Origin: an uncultured Gemmatimonadales bacterium
GTDB lineage: Bacteria > Gemmatimonadota > Gemmatimonadetes > Longimicrobiales > RSA9
Length of the DNA: 64,000 nucleotides
Assembly: GCA_963816355.1 (NCBI GenBank)
Contig: CAWFKH010000003.1
Span: 160,001-224,000, forward strand
Direction: 5' to 3'
The notes under the pieces are model-generated. The model searched no databases. It saw only the letters and a list, made by a program, of their open reading frames with translations, and had not been told where the DNA came from. The position numbers were made by a program, and so were the translations under genes. The first letter of the stretch is position 1; every line of letters starts with the position of its first letter. This document shows, piece by piece, positions 16,656 through 27,374 of the stretch.

Positions 16656-19600
16656 TCAGCGCGCGGCGGCCGCGTCGATGCGGCGGAGGTCGCTCGCCAG
16701 ACGGCGCCGCGCCTGCTCCAGGGCGGCCGCGCCGACGGGGCCTGGCGCCTCGCCCGCCGGCACCGGCCGTCCCGAGCGGGCGAAGAAGAACGTGAGCTCC
16801 GCGGGCGGCGCCGGTCCGAGCGCCGCCGCGGCGAGCAGGTACACGTCCCTCTGCGCCTCGTACTCGCGCGCCCGCTGTGTCTCGCGGCCGGCGGCGCGCG
16901 CGGACTTGTAGTCGACGATGCGCAGCAGCGGCGGCTCCGCGTCGATGGCCACCAGGTCGAGCGCACCGTGCATCACGGCGGGCGCTCCGGCGCCACGGGC
17001 GACCCACGTGAAGGCGAGCTCGCGCTCGTGGCGGGGCGCGCGGAGGAGCGGCGCGACTCGCGGATGCGACGCGGTGGCCGTGATCATGCCGCGCAGCTCG
17101 GCCCGGAGCCGGTCGCGGAGCGTCGCCGGCGCGCCTTCGCCGATGCGGCCGCCCAGCTCGAGGTCGAGGATGCGGTCGAGTTCGGCGAGCAGCTCGAGCC
17201 GCTCCAGGACGCCGTGCAGGACGTCCCCGATCAGGCGCGCGGTGGCGTGCGGCACGAGCAGGTCGAGCTGCTCGTCCGCGATCGGCTCGGCCGCCGCGGC
17301 GCCGTCCGCGGCGAGGGGTGCGGCGGCGGACCACTCCGCCGGCGGCAGGCCGAGCGCGTAGATCCTGCGGTGCTCCGCCGGCCGGTTGCGAAGGATCACC
17401 AGCTCGGTGGCGGAGTGCACGCGCAGGGCGGGCCGCGGCGCGACCGGGGCGAGGCGGCGCGCGAGAGCCGCGTCGATCGGCCCGGCGACGACCGTATCCG
17501 GCGTGGGCGGCGCCGGCGCTTCGAGCGCGGCAGCCGCGATCGGCTCCACGTCGACGACCGGGCCGCTCCAGGTGCGGCCGCCGTCCTGGTAGGCGAAGCG
17601 GCCTCGGGAGAACTCGAGGCCGTGAAGCAGCCACGCGTCGGCGTGCTTCGCCGCGCGCACGGCTTCCGGCCCCGCCGCCGGCGCGGCGGTGTCGCCGCAG
17701 AGGATCAAGCGGTCCTTCGCGCGCGTCGCGGCGACGTAGAGCACGCGTTTCTCCTCGGCGCGGGAGAGCGCGCTCTCGCGCGCCTTCAACCAGGCGTAGG
17801 CGCCCGGCGAGTCGCCGCCCTGCGGCGTCCATTGCAGCCCGATCCCGGCGTCCGGGTCGATGAAGAGCGGAGGCGACTCGCGGCCGCCGAGCTCGATGTC
17901 GCGCGCGCCGTCGGCGAGCACGACCACCGGCCATTCGAGACCCTTCGCCTGGTGCACCGTCGTGAGGGTGACGACGTCGTCCTCCCGGCTCTGCACGGCC
18001 GCCTCCGCCTCGTGGCCGCTGTCGGCGCGCTCGGCGATCATCTCGAGCAGCTCGCGGATCGAGCTGCCGGGGTGCGACTCCGCGATGCCGACCAGCTTGC
18101 GGAGGTTGGCCAGGGCGACGTCGCCGTCCGCCTGGAGCAGGAGGTGCGCCGCGTAGCCGGCGCGGCCGAGCGCCCTTTCCAGCAGCGCCGCCGCCGGGAT
18201 GCGGTCTCGCAGCGACAGCAGCGACTCCCACCATTCGGCCGCCCAGGCGAGGCGCGCGGCTTCGGCCGGCTCCGGCAGCGATTGCGATCGCAGCGCCCGT
18301 CGCAGGCGGCGTGGGCCCGCGATGCGCAGCCGCAGGAGCGACGCGTCGGTGAGAGCGACGAAGGGCGAGCGCAGCACTCCGGCGAGCGCGACGTCGTCGT
18401 CCGGGTCCGCGAGCGCGGCGAGCAGCAGACGGACGTCGCGCACCTCGCGGCGCGCGAAGAAGGAGGCGTTTCCCGCCACGACGTACGGGATGCCGTGGCG
18501 CCGGAACGCCGCCTCGTAGATGGGCAGCGCGGTGCGCGCGCGGAAGAGCACCGCGAAGTCGCTCCAGCGCGGCGCGCGAGGCGGGGCGCTCGCGTCCTCG
18601 CGGACGACAGACTCGTCGTGCCGCAGCTCGAGGAGCCGCGCGGCCACCCGCTCCGCCTCGGACTCGCGCCGCGCGGGCGCCGTGTCGCCCCGCGCGGGGA
18701 TCACCTCGACGGCGCCGTCGTCGTCTGGGACGACACGGTTCTGCCCGACCTGGAGCGGCGCGTAGGCGATCTCGTGGCCCGCTTCCGCCGCGGCCGCGTC
18801 GGCCGCGGCCTCGCCCATGACGGCGCCGAAGACGGCGTTCACGTACGCGACGATCGGGGCGCGGCTGCGGAAGCTGGTGTCGAGCGGGATCGTTTCGCCG
18901 CCCGCGGCGAGGATCTCACGCTCCACGTCGCCCCAGAGCGCGACGTCCGCGCGACGGAAGCGGTAGATCGACTGCTTCGGATCGCCCACGACGCAGAGGC
19001 GCGGCGCGGCAGGCTCGCCGCCCGGAAGGCCGCAGATGGCGTAGGCGATCTCGACCTGGGCGCGGTCGGTGTCCTGAAACTCGTCGACGAACAGCCAGCG
19101 CAGCCGCGAGCGCAGCGCGTGCCTCACGTCCGGGCGGTCGCGGAGCAGGTCGCGGGCGCGGTAGACGAGCGCGTCGAAGTCGAGGGCGCGTTCGCGGTCG
19201 AGGGCCGCGTCCAGGCGGTGGCGGGCGGCGATGCCGATCTCGAGCAGGCGGCCGGCGAGGCGAGCCGCGTCGTCGTCGTTCGGCAGCCACGCACCGCCCC
19301 CCGCCTCGACGGCGCGGCGCAGCGCCGGCGCCGCGTCGCCGCTGCCCCAGCGGTCGTACGCGAGGCGCGCCCCCTCGCCGCCGGCGGCGAGGCCGTCGAC
19401 GATCGCACGCGTTCGGCGCAGGCCGAACGCGACGACGACACTCGCGACGTCTGCGTCACCGCCGCGCAGGCGCGCGATCACCTCCTCCGCGACGGCGTCG
19501 TGGCGGAGCAGGGAAGCCTCCGCCTCGTCGAGGACGCGGAAGGAGGGGTCGAGGCCGGCGCGCAGTCCGAACTCGCGCAGCATGCGGGCGCAGAAGGCGT

Positions 19601-19925
19601 GGATGGTGCCGATGCGCGCGCGCTCGACCTCGTGGACGCGGTCGCGCCACTCCCGTGTGCCGGTGCGTCGCGCGACGCCGCGCAGCTCGCGCCGCAGCGA
19701 CGCCTTCAGCTCCGCCGCGGCGGCGTTGGTGAAGGTGATCGCCGCGATCTGGCCGAGCTCGCAGCGCGCGGCCGCCGGCGTCTCCCCGGTGCCGACGTCG
19801 GCGCCGAGGAGGTGGACGATCTTGGCGACGAGCGTGGAGGTCTTGCCGGAGCCGGCGCCCGCGCTCAGCATCGTGTGGCCGCGGGCGGCGATCGCGCGGC
19901 GCTGGTTGCTCGTCCAGTCGGTCAT
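16656..19925 (-). CDS. addA: UvrD-like helicase-nuclease, AddA-like
   Basis: AGAGSGKT, ITFTNAAA, VDEFQDT, VGDPKQSIYRFR, TVHQAKGLE, YVAATRAKD; C-terminal G.LD...IVDYKS nuclease. Confidence 0.85.
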   Translation of the reverse strand: MTDWTSNQRRAIAARGHTMLSAGAGSGKTSTLVAKIVHLLGADVGTGETPAAARCELGQIAAITFTNAAAAELKASLRRELRGVARRTGTREWRDRVHEVERARIGTIHAFCARMLREFGLRAGLDPSFRVLDEAEASLLRHDAVAEEVIARLRGGDADVASVVVAFGLRRTRAIVDGLAAGGEGARLAYDRWGSGDAAPALRRAVEAGGGAWLPNDDDAARLAGRLLEIGIAARHRLDAALDRERALDFDALVYRARDLLRDRPDVRHALRSRLRWLFVDEFQDTDRAQVEIAYAICGLPGGEPAAPRLCVVGDPKQSIYRFRRADVALWGDVEREILAAGGETIPLDTSFRSRAPIVAYVNAVFGAVMGEAAADAAAAEAGHEIAYAPLQVGQNRVVPDDDGAVEVIPARGDTAPARRESEAERVAARLLELRHDESVVREDASAPPRAPRWSDFAVLFRARTALPIYEAAFRRHGIPYVVAGNASFFARREVRDVRLLLAALADPDDDVALAGVLRSPFVALTDASLLRLRIAGPRRLRRALRSQSLPEPAEAARLAWAAEWWESLLSLRDRIPAAALLERALGRAGYAAHLLLQADGDVALANLRKLVGIAESHPGSSIRELLEMIAERADSGHEAEAAVQSREDDVVTLTTVHQAKGLEWPVVVLADGARDIELGGRESPPLFIDPDAGIGLQWTPQGGDSPGAYAWLKARESALSRAEEKRVLYVAATRAKDRLILCGDTAAPAAGPEAVRAAKHADAWLLHGLEFSRGRFAYQDGGRTWSGPVVDVEPIAAAALEAPAPPTPDTVVAGPIDAALARRLAPVAPRPALRVHSATELVILRNRPAEHRRIYALGLPPAEWSAAAPLAADGAAAAEPIADEQLDLLVPHATARLIGDVLHGVLERLELLAELDRILDLELGGRIGEGAPATLRDRLRAELRGMITATASHPRVAPLLRAPRHERELAFTWVARGAGAPAVMHGALDLVAIDAEPPLLRIVDYKSARAAGRETQRAREYEAQRDVYLLAAAALGPAPPAELTFFFARSGRPVPAGEAPGPVGAAALEQARRRLASDLRRIDAAAAR

Positions 19926-22900
19926 CGCCGCTCCACCCTGTCCTCGCGGCAGATCTCGATGAACTCGCACCAGGGGGGGCAAGTGCAGCGCGGCGGGATG
20001 GCGGCCGGGAAGCGGCCGGCGCGGATCGCGTCGGCGATGTCGAGCGCGCGCTCTGGGGCGCGCGAGATGCGCTCGGCGGCGCGGTCGCGTTCGGCGCTGC
20101 CGCCCTCCTTGACTCCGTCCTTCAGGATGTTGCGGGGGTGCAGGCGGGCGGCGGGCCGCGCGGGGCGCGGCGCGATCACCTGGTAGGACCCGCCCCACAC
20201 CTGCGCGCCGGGGCGGATGCGCCCGAGTGCGTGCAGGTAGAGCGGGAGCTGCAGCAGCGCGCCCGACTCGTACTTCGAGTGCGGTTCGAGCGATCCCCCG
20301 CCGCTCTTGTGGTCGACCACGTAGAGCCAGCCGCGCACCCCGTCCTCGATCAGCTCGTCGACGCGGTCGATGCGACCGCGCAGGCGCAGCACCCGCTCGC
20401 CGTCTGTGATCTCGACGGGCGGCTCGCCGTCGCGGCCGAACACGAGCTCGAACGCGACCGGCTGGCGGCGTGGGACGCGGCGCCAGCCGCTCGCCCCGTT
20501 CTCTGCGGCTTCCCAGCGGACGTACGCCTCCAGCGCGCGCCGCATGTGGTCACGCAGCACGCCGACGAGCGCCTCCTCGCCGGTCCAGGCGCGCGCCGCC
20601 TGCTCCGCGAGGACGTCGTCGAGGATCGTCGGCAAGCGCGCGACCGCCGCTTCGACGCGCGTCGCGTCCAGCGCCTCCTCGCCGAAGCCCGCCGCCATCT
20701 CCCGGTGCAGGCGCTCCAGCGCAGCGTGGTAGACGGTGCCCCGCGTCGCGGCGTCGATCTCCTCCTCCGGCTCCTCGATCGCCGCAAGGCGCAGCACGTC
20801 GGCGCCGAAGAAGGTGAAGGGGCAGAAGCCGTAGCGCTCGAGCCGGCTCGCGCTCCACACGGCGTCGCCGTAGCGCGCCTCGAGCCAGGCGCGCAGGTCG
20901 GGATCGTCGATCGCGCCGTCGTAGGCGTGCGGAACGCGGGAGAGCGCCGGGGAGCGGCGATGGCCGGCACGGAGCCACTCGACCCGCGCGCCGTGCAGCG
21001 CACGCCGGACGACGTCGCCCTCCACTTCCCACGCGCCGCGCAGCGCGGCGAGCGCCGGAGCGGACGCCCCGGGCGGTCGCAGGACGTCATCCTCGGCGGT
21101 GGCCCCGGCGCCGTCGCGCCACGCGCGCGCCCCGAAGAGGAGCGCGTCGTCGGCGCACCAGACGTCGTCGATGGACGCGGGCGCGAGACGGGAGCCGGGC
21201 ACGCGCTCCAGCCAATGATCGAGCGGATCCGCCTCTCCGGGGCGGAGCAGCGCCGCCACCTCCTCCAGGTAGGGCGAGGGCAGCCGGGGCGTGCCGGCCG
21301 CGTCGGCGCTGGCGTAGGAGAGGTGCAGCGACCGCCTGGCCCCCGTCGCCACCGCGCGGAAGAGCGACGCCTCACGGGCGAGCCATTCCTGCGCCGGCTC
21401 GAGCGGCAGCCCGGCGGCGCGCAGCGTCTCCGTCTCCGCGTCGGTGAAGAGCCCGCCGCGCGGCGGCTCCACGGGAAACTCGCCGGCGGCGAGGCCGACG
21501 AGGTGGACGTGCTCGAAGGTGCGTCCGACGGCCGCGAGGGCCTCCAGCACCTGGACGCCGTGGCGCTGCGGCGTCCACGCCGCGAGCTCGCCTTCCTCGA
21601 GCGTGGCGGCGAGCTCGCGCAGCCACGCCGCGGGGTCCAGTTCGGCATCTTCGGTCCGGTCGAGGCGCAGCGCCCGCCGCCACGCAGCGAGCAGGTCGCG
21701 CGCGGTGCGCAGCGCGGCGACATCGAGGCGGACGGCCTGGACCCTCTCCTCGTCCGACTCGTGGCGCGCGTGCAGGCGAGCCGCCGCCCGCGCGAGCCCC
21801 CACAGCCCCGGCCGCTCCTCGCCGGGGAGGTCGCCCGCTCCGAGGTAGTCGAGGCAGAGCCCGATCCACTCGGAGCGGCGGTGCGCCGACTCCAGGGCCG
21901 GCGCCTCGCGCATCAGCGGCTCGAACGCTTGCAGCGCCGCCCGCACGCGCTCGGCTGCGGGGCCGTGGTACCTCCTGCCGGCGTCGCCGCCGTCGTCTTC
22001 CGCGATCTCCTCCGCGGCGGTCGCCTCGACGAGCAGCGCCGCCACCGCTCCGCGCCACTCGTCCAGGGTGCGCGGGCGGCCACGCGCGGCGATGTGGGCG
22101 AAGACACCCGCGTCGAGGTGGAGGTCGAAATACGGCGATTCCGCCACCTCGATCAGAGCGCGCCGGCTCCACCCCTCGGCGCCGAGCCGCACCACGCGAA
22201 GCACCGCGGCGATCACGGGGATCTCCGCCAGGCGATAGCGGAGGCGCGCCGTCACCGGGATGCCGTGCCGCCTCAGCTCCTGCACGGCCCGGGGTCCGTC
22301 CGGCCGCAGACCGCGGACGACGACGGCGATCTCGTCCGGCCGCGCGCCGTCGTGGATACGGCGCTTCACCACCCGCGCGACCGCCTGCAGCGTGCGCGCG
22401 AGGTCCGGCGCCGCCAGCGCGACGACCGCCGCCTCGCGAGGCAAGGGCGCGTGGCCGCCCGCCGCGGCGCTCGCCTCCGCCGGCTCGACGTCGCCGAACA
22501 GGTCGTCGCGCAGCCGCGCGAGCGCGCCGCTGCGCGGACTGCCCGGCAGCGCCACGACGTCGTCGGCCCGCTCGCGCAGCGCGTCGAGGAGCGTGAGCTC
22601 GGACAGGTCTCCCCTCGCGCCGCCGGTCGTCGTGGGCGCCGCGAGGTAGACGCGCAGCTCGTCGATGAAAGGCGCCGCGCGCAGCGCCTGGAGGAGCAGA
22701 CCCCAGCCGCCGCCGAGATCGGCGAGGCCGTAGACGGCGAGAGAGGCGCGGCCCGCCGCGGAGAAGGGCGCCCGCAGGCGTCGCGCGACGGCGTCCGGCT
22801 CGTCGCGGACCGCCTCGGCCGCGATGGCGGCGAGGTCGCGGCCGTCGCAGCGCGCGACGCCGTCGAGCGGACCCAGCGCGGCGAGCGCCCCGTTCCATTC

Positions 22901-23371
22901 GGCGTAGAGCGCGGCGAGCTGGCGGTCCCGCTCGCGCGCCCAGCCGTCCGCTTCGTGGCCGAGCGCGCCGCGCAACGTCCCGGCGAAGCGGTCCGGTGAG
23001 ACGCGCTCCGCGCGCAGGCGGCCGAACAGCCGGTCGAGCGCGCCGACGAACCCGCCGAGCGAGCGCAGGCCGGGGAACGCACCGGTCGTGCGGATGGCGG
23101 ACCGCAGGAGGACTTCGCGCTCGAAGACGGAGAGCGGCGCGGCGTCGCCGGCGATCTGCTCGAGCAACTCGCGGAAGACGACGACGGGGCTTCCGAGCCA
23201 GCCGTCGCGGGCGCCGCTCGCGAGCGCGGCGACGACGTCGTCGCGGACGCCGCCCTGGCGCACGGCCAGGAGCGGAGGCGGCGCATCGGAGTGCGGCGCG
23301 AGGAGCGGCTCCGCGGCGTGGCGGAGGAGCGCGTCGGCGTCGGGAGCGTGGAAGAGAAGGAATCGGGCCAT
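19922..23371 (-). CDS. addB: AddB-like PD-(D/E)xK nuclease with Fe-S cysteines
   Basis: SASRLERYGFCPF; RGRIDRVD; VVDHKS; LQLPLY; C-terminal C..C..C; ATGA overlap with addA. Confidence 0.8.
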   Translation of the reverse strand: MARFLLFHAPDADALLRHAAEPLLAPHSDAPPPLLAVRQGGVRDDVVAALASGARDGWLGSPVVVFRELLEQIAGDAAPLSVFEREVLLRSAIRTTGAFPGLRSLGGFVGALDRLFGRLRAERVSPDRFAGTLRGALGHEADGWARERDRQLAALYAEWNGALAALGPLDGVARCDGRDLAAIAAEAVRDEPDAVARRLRAPFSAAGRASLAVYGLADLGGGWGLLLQALRAAPFIDELRVYLAAPTTTGGARGDLSELTLLDALRERADDVVALPGSPRSGALARLRDDLFGDVEPAEASAAAGGHAPLPREAAVVALAAPDLARTLQAVARVVKRRIHDGARPDEIAVVVRGLRPDGPRAVQELRRHGIPVTARLRYRLAEIPVIAAVLRVVRLGAEGWSRRALIEVAESPYFDLHLDAGVFAHIAARGRPRTLDEWRGAVAALLVEATAAEEIAEDDGGDAGRRYHGPAAERVRAALQAFEPLMREAPALESAHRRSEWIGLCLDYLGAGDLPGEERPGLWGLARAAARLHARHESDEERVQAVRLDVAALRTARDLLAAWRRALRLDRTEDAELDPAAWLRELAATLEEGELAAWTPQRHGVQVLEALAAVGRTFEHVHLVGLAAGEFPVEPPRGGLFTDAETETLRAAGLPLEPAQEWLAREASLFRAVATGARRSLHLSYASADAAGTPRLPSPYLEEVAALLRPGEADPLDHWLERVPGSRLAPASIDDVWCADDALLFGARAWRDGAGATAEDDVLRPPGASAPALAALRGAWEVEGDVVRRALHGARVEWLRAGHRRSPALSRVPHAYDGAIDDPDLRAWLEARYGDAVWSASRLERYGFCPFTFFGADVLRLAAIEEPEEEIDAATRGTVYHAALERLHREMAAGFGEEALDATRVEAAVARLPTILDDVLAEQAARAWTGEEALVGVLRDHMRRALEAYVRWEAAENGASGWRRVPRRQPVAFELVFGRDGEPPVEITDGERVLRLRGRIDRVDELIEDGVRGWLYVVDHKSGGGSLEPHSKYESGALLQLPLYLHALGRIRPGAQVWGGSYQVIAPRPARPAARLHPRNILKDGVKEGGSAERDRAAERISRAPERALDIADAIRAGRFPAAIPPRCTCPPWCEFIEICREDRVERR

Positions 23372-23535
23372 CCGGAAGCGCGCTGCGGGGGGCGCATTGC
23401 CGTCGCGGTGAAGGTAAGGCGGCGTGGCGGGGCAGGGAAGGCGGCGAACGGAAGGCGGCGGCTGCGCCGCGAGCATCTTGCGCGGCGGTCCGGGCGGGGG
23501 TTCCTTCAATGTGGACCGATCAACGGGAGCTGTGC

Positions 23536-24864
23536 GTGGCGACCTCTTTTCGCGCCTCGATCCGCCTCATGCCGGGCGTGCACCTCGTCGCCGGGCGCGC
23601 CGTCGGCGCGATCTCCGTCGGCGTGCGAGGACCGACGCTCGCCGCCATGCCTGCGCCCGATGTGGACACGGAGCTCCCGCTGCTACGGGCCGGGGCCGCG
23701 TGGCGCGGCTCGCCCGCCCCCGCCGCCGGCCGCGCCGACTACCGCGCCCTCGCCCAGGCGTCCACGTCCGGCGACCGGCTCCGCATCTCGGAGATGGGGG
23801 AACGGGAGTGGCGCGCCGCGCGCATCTCCGCGCTGCGCTCGGTGCTCAGCGGCCGCGCCCGCGAGCCGTTCGACTGGGGAGCGCGTTGTGAGCCGCTGCC
23901 GGCGCTGGTGGTCGAAGGGTTCGACACGCCGGAAGAGACGCGGATCGACGAGCGCAGCCTGCGCCGGGAGGCCGCTCGGCGTCTGCCGTACTGGCCATGG
24001 GTGCTGAGCGTGGTCGCCGCCGTCGCCGTCGCCTTCTTCGCGCCGGTGCTCCCCGTGCGGGCGCTCGCCGTCTTCGTCGCGGCCGTGACGGCGCTTTTCA
24101 GCCTGCGGGTCCCGTTCTGGCGTGCCGCGCTGCGCGCCGATCTCCGCCTCGTCCGCGAACGCACCGAGCGTCAGCTCGTCGACACCGCCCGCCAGATGCA
24201 CGAAGCGGAGGAGCGCGCCCGGCGCGAGGCGTGGGCGGCGGCGCAGGAGCTGCGCCGCCGGCTGCGCGAGGCGGTCGAGCACGAGGACGCGGAGCCGCTC
24301 GCCGTGGTGCTCGCCATCGAGATGGCGCGGCAGGACCTGCCGGTCCCGGTCGTGTGCGAGCTCTCCTTCCCGACCGGCCTCACGGCCGCCGAAGTACGCC
24401 TCGTCCTGCCGCCGATCGCGGACATCCCGGGCGCGGCCCGCCGCGAGCCCGAGCCCGGCAAGGACTGGGTCGGGCCGCTCCCGCTCGCGGAGCGGTGGTC
24501 GGTGCACGCGGATCTGTGCTGTGGGCTCGCCCTCCGCATCGGAGCGGAGATCTTCCGCATCCTGCCGATGGTCGAGCGCCTCGATCTTCTCGGCACGCTC
24601 GATCCGCCCGACAATGCGGCGGGGCGCGGCCGCGGTGGCTTCGGCGGCGGCCGCGACGGCGTTGCGGCGGCCGACGTTGCCGTCCTCCACTACCGCGCGT
24701 CGCGCGACGACCTCGCCGGCGCGCTCGGCGGGCACGGCGTGGCGCCGGAGGACACGCTGCGCGAAGTGGGAGGCCGCTTCTCGCGCGACCAGCAGGGGCC
24801 GCGTCCGCTGGCGAGGGCCGCGCGGCCGGCGCCGGAGCCGCCCGACGGCGACCCGCCGGCCTAG
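23536..24864 (+). CDS. Membrane protein with a degenerate DUF4236-like N-terminus
   Basis: GGGAG then GTG start: MATSFRASIRLMPGVHL...ISVGVRG resembles the DUF4236 pattern as recalled; two TM segments, a coiled coil and a C-terminal domain. Confidence 0.5.
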   Translation: MATSFRASIRLMPGVHLVAGRAVGAISVGVRGPTLAAMPAPDVDTELPLLRAGAAWRGSPAPAAGRADYRALAQASTSGDRLRISEMGEREWRAARISALRSVLSGRAREPFDWGARCEPLPALVVEGFDTPEETRIDERSLRREAARRLPYWPWVLSVVAAVAVAFFAPVLPVRALAVFVAAVTALFSLRVPFWRAALRADLRLVRERTERQLVDTARQMHEAEERARREAWAAAQELRRRLREAVEHEDAEPLAVVLAIEMARQDLPVPVVCELSFPTGLTAAEVRLVLPPIADIPGAARREPEPGKDWVGPLPLAERWSVHADLCCGLALRIGAEIFRILPMVERLDLLGTLDPPDNAAGRGRGGFGGGRDGVAAADVAVLHYRASRDDLAGALGGHGVAPEDTLREVGGRFSRDQQGPRPLARAARPAPEPPDGDPPA

Positions 24865-27218
24865 CGGCGGAACCGGTAGGCGACCTTGAGGAAGAAGCCG
24901 TCGCTCGTGCGCTCGAGGTCGCCGAGCCGCAACAGCGCCTGCCCGGCGAGCGCGCTGCCGTAGCCGACGAACACGACGGTTCCGGGCCGCGGCTCGTAGG
25001 AGGCGAGGAGGTCGAGCCTCAGCGCGTCGGTCGAGAGAGCTGCGACCGGCTCGCCCTCCAGCAGCAGCGGAGCGCCCGTGCGCGCGTCCTCCAGCGCCGC
25101 CCGCCGCTGCGACCGCCACTCCGCCACCACGCGGAAGAAGAGGGGCCGGCTCGGCTGGATCTCGATCTTGGCGTGCGGGATCCGGCTGAGCGCGAAACGC
25201 GAGCCGTCTCGCGCGCGCGTGATGCGCTGCCACGTGGCCGAGAGCTGGACGCGGGCCCACGGCGCCGGCCGCAGGGCGACGTCGCCACTCAGCGTCGTCG
25301 CGGTCCCTTCCGCCCCTTCGGCGAAGATCGCCACGCGGCCGCGGCGGGCCTGCGCCGACGCGGAGAAGCCCTGGTAGGTGGGGGTGGCCGCCTGCACCTG
25401 GATGCTCGGCCCGGAGACGCGGTGGAGCGGAACGTAGGGCCCCCCGGCCCCCGCGCTCGCGAGCCCCGCGTAGTCGGCCGGATCGAGCGTGACGAAATCC
25501 CGCTCGAGGGCCGCCTGCACGTCCCAGCCGCCGCGCAGGCGGAACGTCCCGCGCAGGCTCTCGTTCCCCTCGATCGCGGCCGCGCGGCCGAAATCCGCGT
25601 AGCGCCAGATCCGCATCGGCGCCACGAACGTCGAGAAGCTCTCCACGAGCGCGCCGCGCGGGCCGTACCAGGTGAGGCGGTTGAACGCGTGCGCGGTGAC
25701 GATGCCGACGCGTGGGACGTAGCCGGCGTCGCTCTCGAAGCCGTCGCCGATGCCGCTGACCTGATAGTTGAAGCCGAAGCCGCGGCCCGTGCGGTCCAGC
25801 TCCGCCTTCCAGATCGGGGCGCCCCGCGTGCCGGCGGACGCGGCCGCATCCCCCGCCGCCGCGCCCGGCGCCGCCGCGCGCGTCCACGAACCGCCGAGCT
25901 GCGTCTCGAAGTAGTACAGCCGCGCGAAGACGATCCGCGTGTCCGCCGCCGCGACACGGTTGAAAGCCGGCGAACCCTGCGCGCTGCGGTCGGTGAAGAC
26001 GAGTCCGGCGACGGAGTTCGTGCCAATGTCGCGACGCAGGCGCAGGATGTTGAAGAGCGCGTCGCCGCCCCCCGGCTCGTCGAGCGCGCTCATGTAGGCG
26101 ATGCCGAGGCGGCCGATCTTGCCCGTCAGCTTCGCGCCGGCGAGCGGAGAAGCGATCTGCCGGGTGTAGACGAGCTGGTTCGGCGTCGAGAAGAGCTCGA
26201 TCCCCTCCAGGAAGAAGGGCCGCTTCTCCGGATAGAAGAGCGCGAAGCGCTCGTTCACCGTGACCTGGCCGACGTCCGCTTCCACCTGGCTGAAGTCCGG
26301 ATTCACCGTCGCGTCCAGCGAGACGCTCGTCCAGCCGAGCCGCATGTTGAGCCCGGCGTCCTGCTTCACGTCGCCCCGCTCGAAAGCGCCCGCGTCGCTG
26401 CGCGCGCCGTTCAGCGAAGCGGTCACGAACGGCTGCGCTTCGAGCACGACGCCGCGCCGCAGGTCGTGCAGCCCGTCGAGCGTGCCCGCCTGCAGCAGGT
26501 AGCTCGCGTTCGCGCGCCGCACGTCGGTCCACGTGTCGGTGAAGCCGGTGCGCTGTACCTTGCGCTCGATCTGGAGCCCCCACCGCTGCGCGCCGGTGCC
26601 CGGGAAGCGCAGGCTCTTGAACGGGATCCTCACCTCGACCACGTACCCGCTGTCCGTCACCTCGCCCGACGACTCGTACCAGTAGTCGGGACTCTTGTCC
26701 GTCGAGCCGCCGAAGATGTGCGCCGCGCTCGACGCCCCCTCTGTGCGCACGCCGTCCGACTGCACGCCCAGCGGATTCACGCCGAAGAAGAACGCACGCC
26801 GCCGGTCGTCGAACGTGTCGAGAAAGATGACGACGTTGTCGTCGCTGTCGATGTTGTCTCGATCCGCCTTCGTCGCCCGGATGCGCTCCGGCCGCGTGTC
26901 GTGCGCCACGATCCCGAACCAGATCGCGTCCGGCGCGTACCACACCAGCACGTCCGTGCGCTCCGCCGCAGGACGGCCATCGACCGGCTCGTACTGGTGG
27001 AAATCGCCGAGGCGCGCCGCCCGCTTCCACACGGGCTCGTCGAGGTGGCCGTCCACCGTCGCCTGCGCGCCCTCGATCCGCGGCACCGTCGCGGTCGCGG
27101 CGGACGCCGGCGCGCCGGCACCGGCGGCGGCGGGCTCCTGCGCGTGCGCCCGGGAGGCGCCCGCGCTCAGTAGCGGAAGCAGGAGCAGCAGCAGGATCGG
27201 GTGCGGCGCATCGCGCAT
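24861..27218 (-). CDS. CBM9-like + DUF5916 outer-membrane protein
   Basis: Signal peptide; VDGHLDEPVW; LDTFDD.R.A.FF.VNPLGVQ.DG; NPDFSQVEAD; ERFALFYPEKRPFFLEG; C-terminal FFLKVAYRF. Confidence 0.85.
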   Translation of the reverse strand: MRDAPHPILLLLLLPLLSAGASRAHAQEPAAAGAGAPASAATATVPRIEGAQATVDGHLDEPVWKRAARLGDFHQYEPVDGRPAAERTDVLVWYAPDAIWFGIVAHDTRPERIRATKADRDNIDSDDNVVIFLDTFDDRRRAFFFGVNPLGVQSDGVRTEGASSAAHIFGGSTDKSPDYWYESSGEVTDSGYVVEVRIPFKSLRFPGTGAQRWGLQIERKVQRTGFTDTWTDVRRANASYLLQAGTLDGLHDLRRGVVLEAQPFVTASLNGARSDAGAFERGDVKQDAGLNMRLGWTSVSLDATVNPDFSQVEADVGQVTVNERFALFYPEKRPFFLEGIELFSTPNQLVYTRQIASPLAGAKLTGKIGRLGIAYMSALDEPGGGDALFNILRLRRDIGTNSVAGLVFTDRSAQGSPAFNRVAAADTRIVFARLYYFETQLGGSWTRAAAPGAAAGDAAASAGTRGAPIWKAELDRTGRGFGFNYQVSGIGDGFESDAGYVPRVGIVTAHAFNRLTWYGPRGALVESFSTFVAPMRIWRYADFGRAAAIEGNESLRGTFRLRGGWDVQAALERDFVTLDPADYAGLASAGAGGPYVPLHRVSGPSIQVQAATPTYQGFSASAQARRGRVAIFAEGAEGTATTLSGDVALRPAPWARVQLSATWQRITRARDGSRFALSRIPHAKIEIQPSRPLFFRVVAEWRSQRRAALEDARTGAPLLLEGEPVAALSTDALRLDLLASYEPRPGTVVFVGYGSALAGQALLRLGDLERTSDGFFLKVAYRFRR

Positions 27219-27374
27219 CGTCGTAATCTTCCGGCTCGGGATCGGCTCGCAAATCTGGCGGAGGCGCGCCGGGGATTCAACGGCCAGCCGCTTGCGGACG
27301 CCCCGGCGCCGTTGAGTATTGGCAGGGGACGCGACCGAGGTCGGGGCGCGCCGAATTTCGAGGAAGGATGCGAC

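Noticed and set aside
16968..20186. Very long alternative and antisense ORFs (also 23683..27252, 32971..36192, 61442..63841 and many others)
   Set aside because: They are Arg/Ala/Pro-rich shadow frames of real genes, expected at this GC content.
16656..23371. Novel helicase-nuclease defence system or Cas4
   Set aside because: Size, motifs and addB-addA order fit the housekeeping AddAB-type recombination complex.
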